A program made the position numbers and the translations under genes. The notes below the pieces were generated by a model. That model was not told the origin of the DNA and made no database searches. It was given only the letters and a program-made list of their open reading frames with translations. Shown here piece by piece: positions 10,601 through 19,359 of a DNA stretch of 64,000 nucleotides. The DNA comes from Dehalococcoidia bacterium (lineage in GTDB: Bacteria; Chloroflexota; Dehalococcoidia; Lucifugimonadales; VXLM01). Positions within the stretch are counted from its first letter, which is position 1, and the number at the start of each line of letters is the position of its first letter. The stretch spans positions 2,202,507-2,266,506 of the forward strand of contig OY759598.1 in assembly GCA_963662435.1 (NCBI GenBank). Reading direction: 5' to 3'.

Positions 10601-11581
10601 ACCTACGCCTTGGGCGAGACGATGCAAGTGACGCTGACCTTCAGCGAGGCAGTGGACGTGACCGGCACGCCGCGCCTCAAGATCAAGATGGACCCAAACT
10701 ACGGCGAGAAGTGGGCAACCTACGAGAGTGGCAGCGGCACGGCTGGTCTGGTCTTCGCCTACGAAGTGATGCAGCCGAATGAGTCGACCCAGGGCATCGC
10801 GGTGCTGGAGGACACGCTTGAGCTGAACGGCGGCACGATCAAATCGACGGCCACGGAGGCGGACGCCGACCTTGCCCACTCGGGGCTGGCCCACGATGCG
10901 AACCACAAGGTGGACTGGGAGGCGAACAGGTCGGCCACAGGGACGCCCGCCATCACGGGCACGGCCCGGGTGGGCGAGACGCTGACGGCAGACCCTTCGG
11001 GCATCTCGGACGCCGACGGCCTGGACAATGCGACGTTCAGCTACCAGTGGCTGGCCGACGACGTGGCCATATCCGGGGCTATGGGCAACACCTACACCCT
11101 GGCCGTCGCCGACGAGGGCAAGGCCGTCAAGGTGCGGGTTTCCTTCACCGACGACGCGGGCCACGCGGAGACGCTGACCAGCGCGGCCACGGCCGCGGTG
11201 GAGGGGTTGCCGGACGTGACCGGAGTGGCGGTGACGTCGTCACCCGCGTCCGATGACACGTACGCCCTGGGCGAGACCATCCAAGTGACGCTGACCTTCA
11301 GCGAGGCAGTGGACGTGACCGGCACGCCGCGCCTCAAGATCAAGATGGACCCAAACTACGGCGAGAAGTGGGCGACCTACGAGAGCGGCAGCGGCACCAC
11401 CAGCTTGACCTTCACGCACGAGGTGGTGCAGCCGAACGAGTCGACTGAGGGCATCGCGGTGCTGGAGGACACGCTTGAGCTGAACGGCGGCACCATCAAA
11501 TCGACGACCACAGAGGCGGACGCCGACCTGGCCCACGCGGGGCTGACCCACGACGCCAACCACAAGGTGGACTGGCAGTGA
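4616..11581 (+). CDS. Giant secreted repeat protein/putative adhesin (FN3-like, PKD/REJ-like, SwmB-like and Ig-like repeats), 2321 aa
   Basis: Hydrophobic signal-like segment; ADAGPDQEV..GATVTLDGSGS x2; ATVNGASLTVTYDKSL-type SwmB-like repeats; ATGAPTVTGTARVGETLTAD repeats. Confidence 0.85.
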   Translation: MPSPPIFPNTSHPQSRLEAERMVRTRSHPPFPSTHTWALDRFVPLILVLFAVLAVSSTAAAPAGADNSGDPPARPTGFSVSVEQGSLDVSVGWDDVEGARQYWVRWRLAQPDNKLNEGVKVESSSAAITVDDYGEYVVRVQACNEAGCGGPAVQMAAIGPVAKAQRQQSTATADAGPDQEVLTGATVTLDGSGSSSTISGATLTYAWTQTSGANVTLDDTTAQMPSFTAPSVRRDLEFSLVVNDGTNASSADTVSVAVRPPLNPTSAPCPHPSGGSYTPDNALVTVTGTTDSTISFRGVGQSGNSVNDLWFCWPDGTSRKRADGVNNQHIHTERALDSGTRYWVLALWREAGFPDKWTDWVAATTTGGASIRGARLTSSPASGDTFRIGETIQAQVTWSQPVTVANGGADRNVSLRLDLGADDTDLTNSQRKMAYVSGSGTDTLTFEYVVGFGGTDMDTDGVWLQTASAIDNTVVFLESGATITGGNPASNTAVRTRANMPTTGDAGRKVDGTSTATADAGPDQEVQTGATVTLDGSGSSTLANPTFTYAWTQTGGVTVTLDDSTAQMPSFTAPSVRTDLEFALVVNDGTNPSTGDTVSVAVRPPLNPTSVPCPHPSGGGYTADNALIAVTGTTDSTISFRGVGQSGNSVNDLWFCWPDGTSRKVADGVNNQHIHTESALDSGTRYWVLVLWREAGLPDSWTDWVARTTTGGASIRRARFTSFPAHDANRDGTGDSYLVGETIQAQVTWSQTVTVANGGADANVFLGLDLGADDSNHSNSRRKMVWTGDGSGTDTLTFEYTVQRLDKDPDGVWLHTASTTDNTVVFLSNGATITGGNPASNTAVRTRANMPTTGDAGRKVGLTSSKLVGKNLQTHGNFTSDFTGDYAQQFTTGDDGYKMTRVAIRMSSTAASAPDYTVSIHEDSGSGTSSRPAGRLALLQNPSGRVSAEGLYSFRVPGNGIDLRANTKYWVVIDVSTGTSDSLVYTTSSPAHDTGSMEGWSITHGHVQRDNSETEWVASISSLRLEVHGYAKLKVEIELVRFVSAPTYDSDDDGVNDTFVLGDKVLVDVEFKEPVVVPATGPQLRLNLGTDGSGASKTMDMESVLHGGMTVRFAYTVTTSDSDTDGLFVETLESGRLFFGPGSATAVKSVETGASVNRNKTGVPGSGDPFTKADGSKTSSDRGPVPTGATVNGASLTVTYDKSLNTSVDTAKLDAYFSVRGAGSVGAGNRNGYQHPSAVSVTGDSNEKLQLTLGDPARAGDTVWLTYKLEAHVGLLKGAGASGKMAPAFVDLAVTNNTPGPAGPAPWHATVKGTELTLVFAGALDGDSAPAGSAFEVWTDDLDDDTRTISGTGTATVSGAKVTVALAKAVRANETARVYYTKPASNPLEDTDGNDVLSFDSFRVERVYDGIPPNYRTGSAVQTDFTTGSIASKVVLYFDETLEPGSVPATTDFVVAVGTNSAVNPNSVAVVANAVVLTLNTAIASGASVRVRYTRGNNPILDLVDNAVPTFPAAKVLTAAGTGKPVLQSASVAGARLSLTYDKPLGPGREPPLDRYTLNHPLASGETDDDLVSYVRVIGFSVEGEIAVLQLEHPVYPCAGAMPFTATYEKTSTSTPPHLQNIAGVQADAFSKQDVTNARASWCVKGRVEVPADGNPPGITRSSARAKRLTIKFDRSLDTGRDLKASAFRLAGASGAGAPIVKNAAYTADGTGVTLTLGRALAGGETVTVGYARPAGEPGLWDSEGKQIADFSGVPVPTTPGVTGVEVVSDAGDDATYGLGETIRVRLSFSEAVQVDGALQIRIDMDPADWGQKWAVYESGSGTADLVFAYEVVQPNDSTRGIAVLANTLEVNGGAIKSITAEADADLAHAGLDHDPNHKVDWQANRSATGAPTVTGTARVGETLTADASGIADADGLDNATFSYQWLADDADISGATGNTYTLVAADAGKAVKVRVSFTDDAGHEETLTSEAMVAVEGLPDVTGVAVTSSPTSGDTYALGETMQVTLTFSEAVDVTGTPRLKIKMDPNYGEKWATYESGSGTAGLVFAYEVMQPNESTQGIAVLEDTLELNGGTIKSTATEADADLAHSGLAHDANHKVDWEANRSATGTPAITGTARVGETLTADPSGISDADGLDNATFSYQWLADDVAISGAMGNTYTLAVADEGKAVKVRVSFTDDAGHAETLTSAATAAVEGLPDVTGVAVTSSPASDDTYALGETIQVTLTFSEAVDVTGTPRLKIKMDPNYGEKWATYESGSGTTSLTFTHEVVQPNESTEGIAVLEDTLELNGGTIKSTTTEADADLAHAGLTHDANHKVDWQ
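5120..7194 (+). repeat. Intragenic tandem duplication, period 1035 bp
   Basis: TCCACGGCGACGGCGGACGCGGGCCCTGACCAGGAGGTGC at 5120 and 6155, followed by long near-identical tracts. Confidence 0.9.
9900..11578 (+). repeat. Intragenic tandem repeat, about 2.5 copies, period 657 bp
   Basis: HKVDW-coding ends recur at ~10250, ~10906 and ~11563; EGLPDVTGVAVTSSP at ~10545 and ~11200. Confidence 0.88.
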
Positions 11582-11903
11582 GTGGACAGAGGGCACAACG
11601 GCACCGGCGGTCAAGCGGCAGGAATGTGACGTTGAAGAGCGGTACCCCGGCGGCGTGACTGCGACGAACCTGACTCGGTAGCGGACGCGCAAGTCGGGGA
11701 GCGGTCTTGGTGCCCGCTCGAAGAGGGTCCGACCGGACCGCTTCCGTGCGCTGGGAAGTTTCCACCTCCCGCCTTTGCGCTGTCGAAATGTCAGGTAGCG
11801 GAGAGCATTGCAACGTAGCCTGACAAGCAGGGGATTGGTGTGGCATGCGGGCAGATTCGCCGGTGTGACCTCGTCCTCCCTGTTGCAGGGCAATCTCCAG
11901 GCG

Positions 11904-12005
11904 GAAAGTTCGCAGTACAGTCCCTCCTTCCCAACCAGCTACGGCAGTTTTGGCACCTAAACCGCACAGCGGCTTCATAGACTGCCTTTTTGCAGTTCGA
12001 GTCCC
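11904..12005 (+). repeat. att-like junction 1 (P-P' type)
   Basis: GTTCG-CAGTAC-AGT-N12-ACCA (11908-11937) followed by the arm found after tRNA-Ala. Confidence 0.8.
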
Positions 12006-12281
12006 AGTTAGTCTCCACCCCTCCGGAAGTGCACGATGAGCAGTGTCCCCTATATTTCGGAATGCTGGCCGATCAGTTCAGGCAAACTTGCAACTAGGTA
12101 TCTGCAGTATGAGCTGCTAGCTCCCAAGACCCACATTCCTGCAGATCGCCTTCAAGTCTTAGCGTCATAGCACCTCGAATCGTATACCTATCGAGGGCGG
12201 TTCAGTAGCGGTTCGGGTTGTCTCACACCACCTTTTGCAATAGGATGCGAGGCGCAGCCCCATAGGAGCATAACCCCTTCA

Positions 12282-13277
12282 ATGATGGATATTGCAGGTT
12301 TCCGCCAAATCAATGAGTTAGTCGAAAAAGAGGCACGTTTCGTCAACGTTCTCCTCGCTGAGATACGGAAAGCCATCATCGGGCAAGATAGGCTCGTGGA
12401 ACGCACCTTAGTGGGGCTGTTGGCCGACGGGCACGTTCTTCTTGAGGGTGTGCCGGGTCTGGCCAAGACCCTACTGGTGAAGACAATAGGTCAGGCGATC
12501 CAATCGGATTTCTCACGAATCCAGTTCACGCCCGACTTACTGCCTGCGGACCTGATTGGCACTCGCATATACAATCCTCGCAGCGGAGAGTTCACCGTTC
12601 AGAAGGGGCCGATTTTTTCGAACTTGGTGCTGGCCGATGAAGTCAACAGGGCACCTCCGAAGGTGCAGAGCGCGTTGCTGGAAGCAATGCAGGAGCAGCA
12701 AGTAACTATAGGAGACGAGACATTTCCGCTAGAGGCTCCCTTCCTCGTGCTGGCCACACAGAATCCTATCGAACAGGAGGGCACCTACCCGCTGCCCGAG
12801 GCGCAGGTCGACCGGTTCATGATGAAGCTCGTGGTCGAGTATCCGAAATACTCCGAAGAGCTCGATATGATTGCGCGGATCACGGCGGGGTCCCTGCCGG
12901 AGGTGCAGCCTGTTGTGGACTCTGAGTACATCCTCAGTGCACGGGACGTTGTCCGGAAGGTTCATGTCGACGAGAAGATTCAGGAATACGTGCTGAACCT
13001 CGTGGTTGCCACGCGCGATCCTAGTGTGGCGGGGCTGGACGACATGGGGAACCTGATCTCCTATGGCGCTTCGCCCAGGGCCGGGCTCTTCCTCATCGAC
13101 GCGTCCAGGGCTTACGCGTTCCTCAAGGGGCGTGGGTACGTCACACCGGACGACATAAAGCAGGTGGCGTTGGATGTCCTCCGACACCGCTTAATAACAA
13201 CATTCGAGGCCCGGGCCCGGGAAGTCACCTCAGAGCAGATCATCCAACGCATCCTCGATAAGCTGGAAATCCCCTGA
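12282..13277 (+). CDS. moxR: MoxR family AAA+ ATPase
   Basis: HVLLEGVPGLAKT, RIQFTPDLLPAD, LADEVNRAPPKVQSALLEAM, ATQNPIEQEGTYPLPEAQVDRF. Confidence 0.95.
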   Translation: MMDIAGFRQINELVEKEARFVNVLLAEIRKAIIGQDRLVERTLVGLLADGHVLLEGVPGLAKTLLVKTIGQAIQSDFSRIQFTPDLLPADLIGTRIYNPRSGEFTVQKGPIFSNLVLADEVNRAPPKVQSALLEAMQEQQVTIGDETFPLEAPFLVLATQNPIEQEGTYPLPEAQVDRFMMKLVVEYPKYSEELDMIARITAGSLPEVQPVVDSEYILSARDVVRKVHVDEKIQEYVLNLVVATRDPSVAGLDDMGNLISYGASPRAGLFLIDASRAYAFLKGRGYVTPDDIKQVALDVLRHRLITTFEARAREVTSEQIIQRILDKLEIP

Positions 13278-13278
13278 C

Positions 13279-14166
13279 ATGCTGACTGACGAGTTGGTTG
13301 CCAAAGTTCGAAGGATCGAGATCACGACCCGCCAACTCGTGGACGAGGGCCTTGCGGGCGAGTACCTTTCGGTGTTCAAGGGGCGGGGCATGGAGTTCGA
13401 CGAGGTCCGCCAGTACGTACCTGGTGACGATGTCCGCACAATCGATTGGAACGTCACTGCACGATCCGGAGAGCCATACGTCAAGAGCTACGTTGAAGAA
13501 CGAGAGCTCACGGTGATGCTCGTCGTTGACGTGAGCCGTTCCGGAGAATTCGGTACGAAAAACAGGTTCAAGAGAGAGCTGGCCGTCGAACTCGCTGGAG
13601 TTCTGTCCATTGCCGCCACGACGAATAACGACAAGGTCGGACTCCTCCTCTTTTCCGACAGAGTAGAGCTTCTGATCCCTCCCACGAAGGGACGGAGTCA
13701 TGTCCTGCGATTGTTGCGCGAACTGCTGGCATTCGAGCCGGAGGGCAGCGGTACAGACCTCAGGCTCGCCTTGGACACGATCTTCGTACTCCTCAAGCGG
13801 CGAAGCATTGTCTTCTTGGTCTCAGACTTTCTTGCCGACCCGGAATCGTATCGCCAAGCGATGTTGGTAACGAACCAGCAGCATGACGTCGTGGCCTTCG
13901 ACTTGAGCGATCCACTTGAACGTGAGATGGCCGACGTGGGTGTCATTGCCCTTGAGGACGCCGAGGAGGGAATGGAACGCTGGATTGATACCGGCGACAG
14001 CCAGTGGCGGAGGGAGTTTTCAGAAAGAGTTGCCAGTTTGGATGCGGAAAAGGGAAACATTTTCTCCACAGCGGGCGTGGACCACGTCAAGATTACGACC
14101 GATGAAGACTATTTCGCCGAGGTCGGGGCGTTCTTCAAGGACCGAATGCGTAGGCTGTCCCGATGA
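13279..14166 (+). CDS. DUF58 domain protein
   Basis: FKGRGMEFDEVRQYVPGDDVRTIDWNVTAR; follows moxR. Confidence 0.92.
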   Translation: MLTDELVAKVRRIEITTRQLVDEGLAGEYLSVFKGRGMEFDEVRQYVPGDDVRTIDWNVTARSGEPYVKSYVEERELTVMLVVDVSRSGEFGTKNRFKRELAVELAGVLSIAATTNNDKVGLLLFSDRVELLIPPTKGRSHVLRLLRELLAFEPEGSGTDLRLALDTIFVLLKRRSIVFLVSDFLADPESYRQAMLVTNQQHDVVAFDLSDPLEREMADVGVIALEDAEEGMERWIDTGDSQWRREFSERVASLDAEKGNIFSTAGVDHVKITTDEDYFAEVGAFFKDRMRRLSR

Positions 14167-14182
14167 GAGGAGCTTTTCGCAA

Positions 14183-15244
14183 TTGGCAGATCAGGTCTTG
14201 CGTACTCCGTACCTATTAGGTAGTCTGGGATTCAGGACTTTGGTCCCGTGGGCAGTTGCCGCCGTCCTTGCAGCCATGGCAACCGGTACCGCCGTCGCGC
14301 AGGAGGAATCGAAATCTCCCGTTCGGGCCTCGTTGACCGCCGACAGAAATCACCTGCTCGTCGGCGATGTCGTGACCTTGACACTGGAGGTGACCCATCC
14401 GGCAGACTATGCAGTTGTAATCCCTCATCTCAGTCGAGAGTGGGGAACTTTCGAGGTCGTTTCGCAGTCCCCGGCTCAGACGGTATCCAACGGGGACGGC
14501 ACGGAGACGACACGCCAGAGGCTGAAGGTCTCGCTGTTCGCTCCCGGCACGTTCGAGACGCCCGACCTTTCGATATCCGTTCGCGGACCGAGCGGCCAAG
14601 TGGAGCGGATAGTTCCAATACTCGCGCAACTCACGGTGTCATCCGTCTTGCCCGGTTCCAGCGAAGAACTGAGAGACATTCGCCCGTCCGTCGACCCTTC
14701 ACCCCCACTTCGGCAAAATCCCTTATTGCTCGCCGGGGCGGTGTTGGCTGTCCTGGCTGCGATAGCCTTGGCAGCGTTCCTCGTTCAACACCGCCTTCGT
14801 GATAGGGATGGCCGGGCTGTGCTGCAGGACGGCACGCGAACGCCTTGGGAGGTCGCAGTTCAGGAGATCGACCGGATTGAACGACTCGATCTGCCGAGAG
14901 CCGGCCGTTTCAAGGAGCACTACTCACTGCTCACCGGAGTCATACATGACTACGTCTACGCGATGTTCTTGGAGAAGGAGGACCGACCGGACGCTACAGG
15001 TGTGACGACGGATGAGATCGCAACCGCCATATGGGAGTCACCACTTGATCGCAAGAGCGCCGGACTGATTGTCGACCTGCTGCTGGAGGCCGATCTTGTC
15101 AGGTTCTCGAATTACCCGCCCTCTGAGTCTGAGGCGCATGAAGCATCGCGTCGTGCCAGGGACATCGTTGTGTATACGAGCGCGGCTGCGTTGGAGACGC
15201 ACCAACTGGACGACAGCTCGTCACAGCCGGAGGCGGCGACGTGA
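14183..15244 (+). CDS. Bat-operon membrane-anchored protein (BatD-like/DUF4381-like)
   Basis: Signal-like segment, Ig-like domain, LRDIRP motif then one TM helix; lies between DUF58 and BatA; TTG start at 14183 after GAGGAG. Confidence 0.7.
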   Translation: MADQVLRTPYLLGSLGFRTLVPWAVAAVLAAMATGTAVAQEESKSPVRASLTADRNHLLVGDVVTLTLEVTHPADYAVVIPHLSREWGTFEVVSQSPAQTVSNGDGTETTRQRLKVSLFAPGTFETPDLSISVRGPSGQVERIVPILAQLTVSSVLPGSSEELRDIRPSVDPSPPLRQNPLLLAGAVLAVLAAIALAAFLVQHRLRDRDGRAVLQDGTRTPWEVAVQEIDRIERLDLPRAGRFKEHYSLLTGVIHDYVYAMFLEKEDRPDATGVTTDEIATAIWESPLDRKSAGLIVDLLLEADLVRFSNYPPSESEAHEASRRARDIVVYTSAAALETHQLDDSSSQPEAAT

Positions 15245-16245
15245 GCGACCTGACCTTCCAGACACCATGGTTGCTATTGCTGCTGCCCTTGGCGGCTGTC
15301 CCGGCCGTTCTGCCGTACCTGTGGAAACAGCGTATGGGGACCGTAACCATGACGTATACGGACATCGGGCTAGTTGCGAGTGCTCGGAGGTCATTGAGAC
15401 TTCGCTTGACGCCATACGTCTCAATCCTGCGGTTCGTCGCACTGGCGTTAGTCATCGTTGCAGCAGCTGGGCCGCGGCTGGCGGATGCACGCGAGGTCAT
15501 CAGGGGCGAGGGCGTGGATATCGCCATAGCCCTAGATGTGTCGGAGAGCATGGCCGAGAAGGACTTCGATCCGCACAGGTTGGCGGCGGCGAAGGACATC
15601 ATCACCGACTTCATCGGGGAGAGAAGGTACGACCGCATCGGACTCGTGGTGTTCGCACGCGAGGCGTTCATTCAGAGTCCGCCCACGCTGGACCATGGCG
15701 CCCTGGTCCGTCAGCTCGAGGATATCGGCCTCGCGTCCGAAATGAGGATCGAAGGCGGAACGGCGATAGGAAGTGGGATGGCGACCGCGGCGTACATGTT
15801 GAAGGACTCCAGCGCCGAGAGCAAGCTGGTGACGCTTATTACCGACGGTGTGAACACCGGAGGCGAACTTGATCCCATCACGGTCGCCACCGCGGCGGAG
15901 GCGGTCGGCATCAAGCTGTACACGATCGGGGTGGGAAGGAACGAGGGAGGGGATAACTCTCAGTTTGCTTCTTCCGGCTCAGAAGCCTCCACCCGGAAGA
16001 ACCCGCTCGATGAAGAAACGCTCAGGAAGATAGCGGCTATCACGAACGCAAAGTATTACCGAGCTACCGATACGGAGGAGCTTCGAGGCATCTACGCCGA
16101 GATCAACGCCCTGGAGAAGTCTGACGTGGAGATACTGAACTTCGTCCGCTATCGAGAGATTCTGGTCTGGTTCTTGGTTCCTGCCCTGGTGCTGCTGCTG
16201 TTGGAATTGGTTTTATCGAATACCGTCTTCAGAAGACTGCCATGA
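15241..16245 (+). CDS. batA: BatA-like vWA domain protein
   Basis: N-terminal F..PW.LLLL TM, LDVSESM MIDAS, DRIGLVVF, GTAIG, LITDG, INALEKS. Confidence 0.85.
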   Translation: MSDLTFQTPWLLLLLPLAAVPAVLPYLWKQRMGTVTMTYTDIGLVASARRSLRLRLTPYVSILRFVALALVIVAAAGPRLADAREVIRGEGVDIAIALDVSESMAEKDFDPHRLAAAKDIITDFIGERRYDRIGLVVFAREAFIQSPPTLDHGALVRQLEDIGLASEMRIEGGTAIGSGMATAAYMLKDSSAESKLVTLITDGVNTGGELDPITVATAAEAVGIKLYTIGVGRNEGGDNSQFASSGSEASTRKNPLDEETLRKIAAITNAKYYRATDTEELRGIYAEINALEKSDVEILNFVRYREILVWFLVPALVLLLLELVLSNTVFRRLP

Positions 16246-17294
16246 CGTTCGCTTCCCCACAATTCCTGATTGCTCTGCTCACGCTCCCTGCTCTCGCGGT
16301 GTTCGTGCGATGGGCCCTCATGCACAGGGCCGCCGCGGTCAGGCGTATTGGCGATCCCATTCTCGTCGAGCGGCTGAGCGCAGCCATGAGCCAAAGGATG
16401 CGCGCCGCCCGGCTTGTCCTTTGGTTTGTGGGCGCAGCATTGATTATCATCGCCCTCGCCAGACCCCAGTGGGGGACTTACGTCGAGGTAGTCGAGCAAC
16501 GCGGGGTGCAGGTGATGGTGGCCTTGGACGTTTCGCACAGCATGTTGTCCCAGGACGTGAAGCCCACTCGCCTCGACCGGGCCAAGCTGGAAATCTCAGA
16601 CTTGATATCCCGGCTGAGAGGCGACTCGGTCGGCATCGTTCTGTTCTCGGGAGCCAGCTTCATTCAGTTCCCCTTGACTGCCGATTACGCCACGGCAAGG
16701 ACCTACCTAAACAGCGCCAGCCCGAAAGCAATTCTCCGACAGGGCACCGTGATCGGCGAAGCGATTGACACGGCAATGGCCGGCTTCAACGATCGGCGGG
16801 TAAGCCAGAAGGTCATCGTCATCATGACGGACGGCGAGAACCATGAGGACGACCCGGTTGCAGCCGCCCGGTCGGCTGCGGAGCATGGAGCGGTCATTTA
16901 CACCGTCGGTCTCGGCTCGCTGGACGGATGGCCCGTAGAAGTGTACGACGAACAGGGTGAGGTGATCGGTGATCGGCAGGACGCTCAGGGCCAGCCGATC
17001 CTCTCTCGGTTGGATGAAGGCGCGCTGCAGCGCATTGCTGAGGCCGGTGGAGGTCAATATTTCAGGGCGGCCGACCCCGGTGCTCTCGCTGGACTACATG
17101 GCGAGATCGAATCGTTCCAGGACGAGACCCTTCAGAGTGAGCTCAGCGAAAGAAAAGTAGAGCGATACCAGCTATTCCTGCTGGCAGCTGCGCTCTCGCT
17201 CTTCCTGGCCGAGGTCTTGACCGACCGTCTATTCCTCAGGTCGCGAAGACTACCGCAAGTGGCTATGGAGGGGGTAGAGCATGTGGCGTCGTAA
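16242..17294 (+). CDS. batB: BatB-like vWA domain protein
   Basis: ALARPQWG, LDVSHSM, FPLTADY, MTDGENHE, SRLDE. Confidence 0.85.
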   Translation: MTFASPQFLIALLTLPALAVFVRWALMHRAAAVRRIGDPILVERLSAAMSQRMRAARLVLWFVGAALIIIALARPQWGTYVEVVEQRGVQVMVALDVSHSMLSQDVKPTRLDRAKLEISDLISRLRGDSVGIVLFSGASFIQFPLTADYATARTYLNSASPKAILRQGTVIGEAIDTAMAGFNDRRVSQKVIVIMTDGENHEDDPVAAARSAAEHGAVIYTVGLGSLDGWPVEVYDEQGEVIGDRQDAQGQPILSRLDEGALQRIAEAGGGQYFRAADPGALAGLHGEIESFQDETLQSELSERKVERYQLFLLAAALSLFLAEVLTDRLFLRSRRLPQVAMEGVEHVAS

Positions 17295-17955
17295 GCTTCT
17301 ATTCGTCGCCTTGACTGTCATGGCACTGGCCGTATCGTCATGCAGCCTAATTTCCGATCAAGCCGACGACACTGGCGATGCTTCAAACGTGAATGTGGAT
17401 TCCTACTCTTCCGCAGATTCGTACGAAGACACTCTTGAGCGACTCTCAGAATATGGCGCGCAGCAATACAACGCGGGCAACGTCATGTACCGCATGGGCG
17501 AGTTTCAAGAGTCGCTGCCTCAGTATGATGAAGCGCTGATGTACGCAAGGGGTGAGTTGCGCTCCCGCGCGTTCTTCAACCGGGGCAACGCGGCCTTCCG
17601 GTCCCAGGAGTATGCACAAGCGGTCGAAGCATACCAAGAGGTGCTCAGGATGAACCCCGATCACCTCGACGCGAAGCACAACCTGGAACTGGCTCTCAGG
17701 CAACTGCCACCACAGGGGCGAGACGATGAGAAGGCCTCTCCTGAGGCACAGCCGCCGCCCCAGGCTCAACCACCACCACAGAGCCAAGACGATGCGCAGG
17801 CGTCTCCCGAAGCTGATCTCTCGCAGACTGAACCGTTGACCGAGGAACAGGCGCGGCAGGCACTGGAGGCCGTAGGTGAGAACGCGAAGACGCTTGCGGA
17901 GGGAAGACAGCAGGTCCTGGAATCTCCTAAACTTCCGCCTGAGTTCCCCTGGTAG
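17281..17955 (+). CDS. batC: BatC-like TPR protein (possible lipoprotein)
   Basis: YNAGN, AFFNRGN, AKHNLELA TPR motifs; Q/P-rich tail; LAVSSC lipobox-like. Confidence 0.75.
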   Translation: MWRRKLLFVALTVMALAVSSCSLISDQADDTGDASNVNVDSYSSADSYEDTLERLSEYGAQQYNAGNVMYRMGEFQESLPQYDEALMYARGELRSRAFFNRGNAAFRSQEYAQAVEAYQEVLRMNPDHLDAKHNLELALRQLPPQGRDDEKASPEAQPPPQAQPPPQSQDDAQASPEADLSQTEPLTEEQARQALEAVGENAKTLAEGRQQVLESPKLPPEFPW

Positions 17956-17964
17956 CCATTTGAC

Positions 17965-19359
17965 GTGAGTTCAAGGACAACCATAAAAGGAGTTCTGGCC
18001 GGCACGGCAATTATCGCGGCGGCGATGCTCTCTGCTGCTCTCCCCGTTGGCGCACAACAGCCGCCGTCCGACGAGTCGTTGTACGTCATTGCGGAAGTCG
18101 ACAATGACCGGCCCTATCATGGGCAGCAGGTCACCTACTTGACCAAGATATATCAGCGATTGGGCTTTCCCCACCAGTATCGATACGCGGCCCCAGACTT
18201 TGCCGGCTTTTGGAACGTGGATGAGACAGAGGAACGGGAAAACAGCGTGACTATCGACTCCAACGAGTACAGGGTGATTGAGCAGAGAACCATCCTTTTT
18301 CCCAGTATCGTTGGGACTGTAGAGATGGACCCTGCAAGACTGACCATTACTGACGACCAAGCGGATAATCCCATCGTCGCGGAGAGTTCCACCATAACCG
18401 TAGAGGTACAACCCCTGCCCTCGGCAGCTCCGGATGGATTTACAGGGGCCGTTGGAAAGTTCGACATCTCCGCCGAGGTGGACACCACAGCCGTTCGGAT
18501 GAACGAGTCTGTCCAACTGACGATAATCGTCGAAGGTGAGGGCAACATCGACGCGCTACCGGAGCCGGTCTGGCCGGAGTTCAACGGTTGGCGTGTGGTT
18601 GAGTCACCGGTCACCGCCTCAAGAGAAGTTATTAATGGCAAACTGGTCGGGACCCGCACCTTCAGGAGAGTCTTGGTGCCCCAAGAGGCCGGTGAGCTGA
18701 CAGTCCCGGAGATAAGGTACGGCTACTTCGCCCCTGAGCTTGAAGAGTACGTACAGGCCGCGACTACACCAATCGTAGTATCCGTATCCGAAACCGATGA
18801 GACGGTGACGCCGCCCTCGTCCACCGTCGACGCGGCTGCGGACGAGAGTGATGCTTCCGTTCCGATGCCGATCAAGCCGGTGCCAAGCCCTTTTCGCCCG
18901 TCATCAGGAGAGTTGACGGACAAGGTCGTTTACTGGGCTGCGTGGACGCTCCCATTGCTCGTGATCCTCTCGGCGGCGGTGTGGCGGCGGAGGCGTAACG
19001 CCTGGGAAGCCAGCCTCCTAGACGCAAGAAGGCGGAATGCGCTGCCGAACGCCCAGTCAACGCTTACGCGCGCAGTTGCCGGAGGCGCGGACCGGACGGT
19101 CGCGGCGGCAGACGCTGTGCACCGCTACCTCTCCGACCGGTACGGAGAGTCGCTGGTCGGACTGACCCGGGAGGCGATTGGAGAACGCCTACGAGATTCC
19201 GGGGTCGCGGACGAATTGGCGGAGCGTGTAGAGAACACTCTGGCTCTGGGCGAGGCAGCGAGGTTCACACCGGAGACTCCGTCGGTAGGCCGGACGGTGG
19301 ACTACGTTGAACGTGTCACGCAACTCCTGACGGAGCTCGATGGAGCGATTAAGGAATGA
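17965..19359 (+). CDS. batD: BatD family protein
   Basis: VEVQPLP..PDGFTGAVGKF, VEGEGNI; operon position. Confidence 0.82.
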   Translation: MSSRTTIKGVLAGTAIIAAAMLSAALPVGAQQPPSDESLYVIAEVDNDRPYHGQQVTYLTKIYQRLGFPHQYRYAAPDFAGFWNVDETEERENSVTIDSNEYRVIEQRTILFPSIVGTVEMDPARLTITDDQADNPIVAESSTITVEVQPLPSAAPDGFTGAVGKFDISAEVDTTAVRMNESVQLTIIVEGEGNIDALPEPVWPEFNGWRVVESPVTASREVINGKLVGTRTFRRVLVPQEAGELTVPEIRYGYFAPELEEYVQAATTPIVVSVSETDETVTPPSSTVDAAADESDASVPMPIKPVPSPFRPSSGELTDKVVYWAAWTLPLLVILSAAVWRRRRNAWEASLLDARRRNALPNAQSTLTRAVAGGADRTVAAADAVHRYLSDRYGESLVGLTREAIGERLRDSGVADELAERVENTLALGEAARFTPETPSVGRTVDYVERVTQLLTELDGAIKE

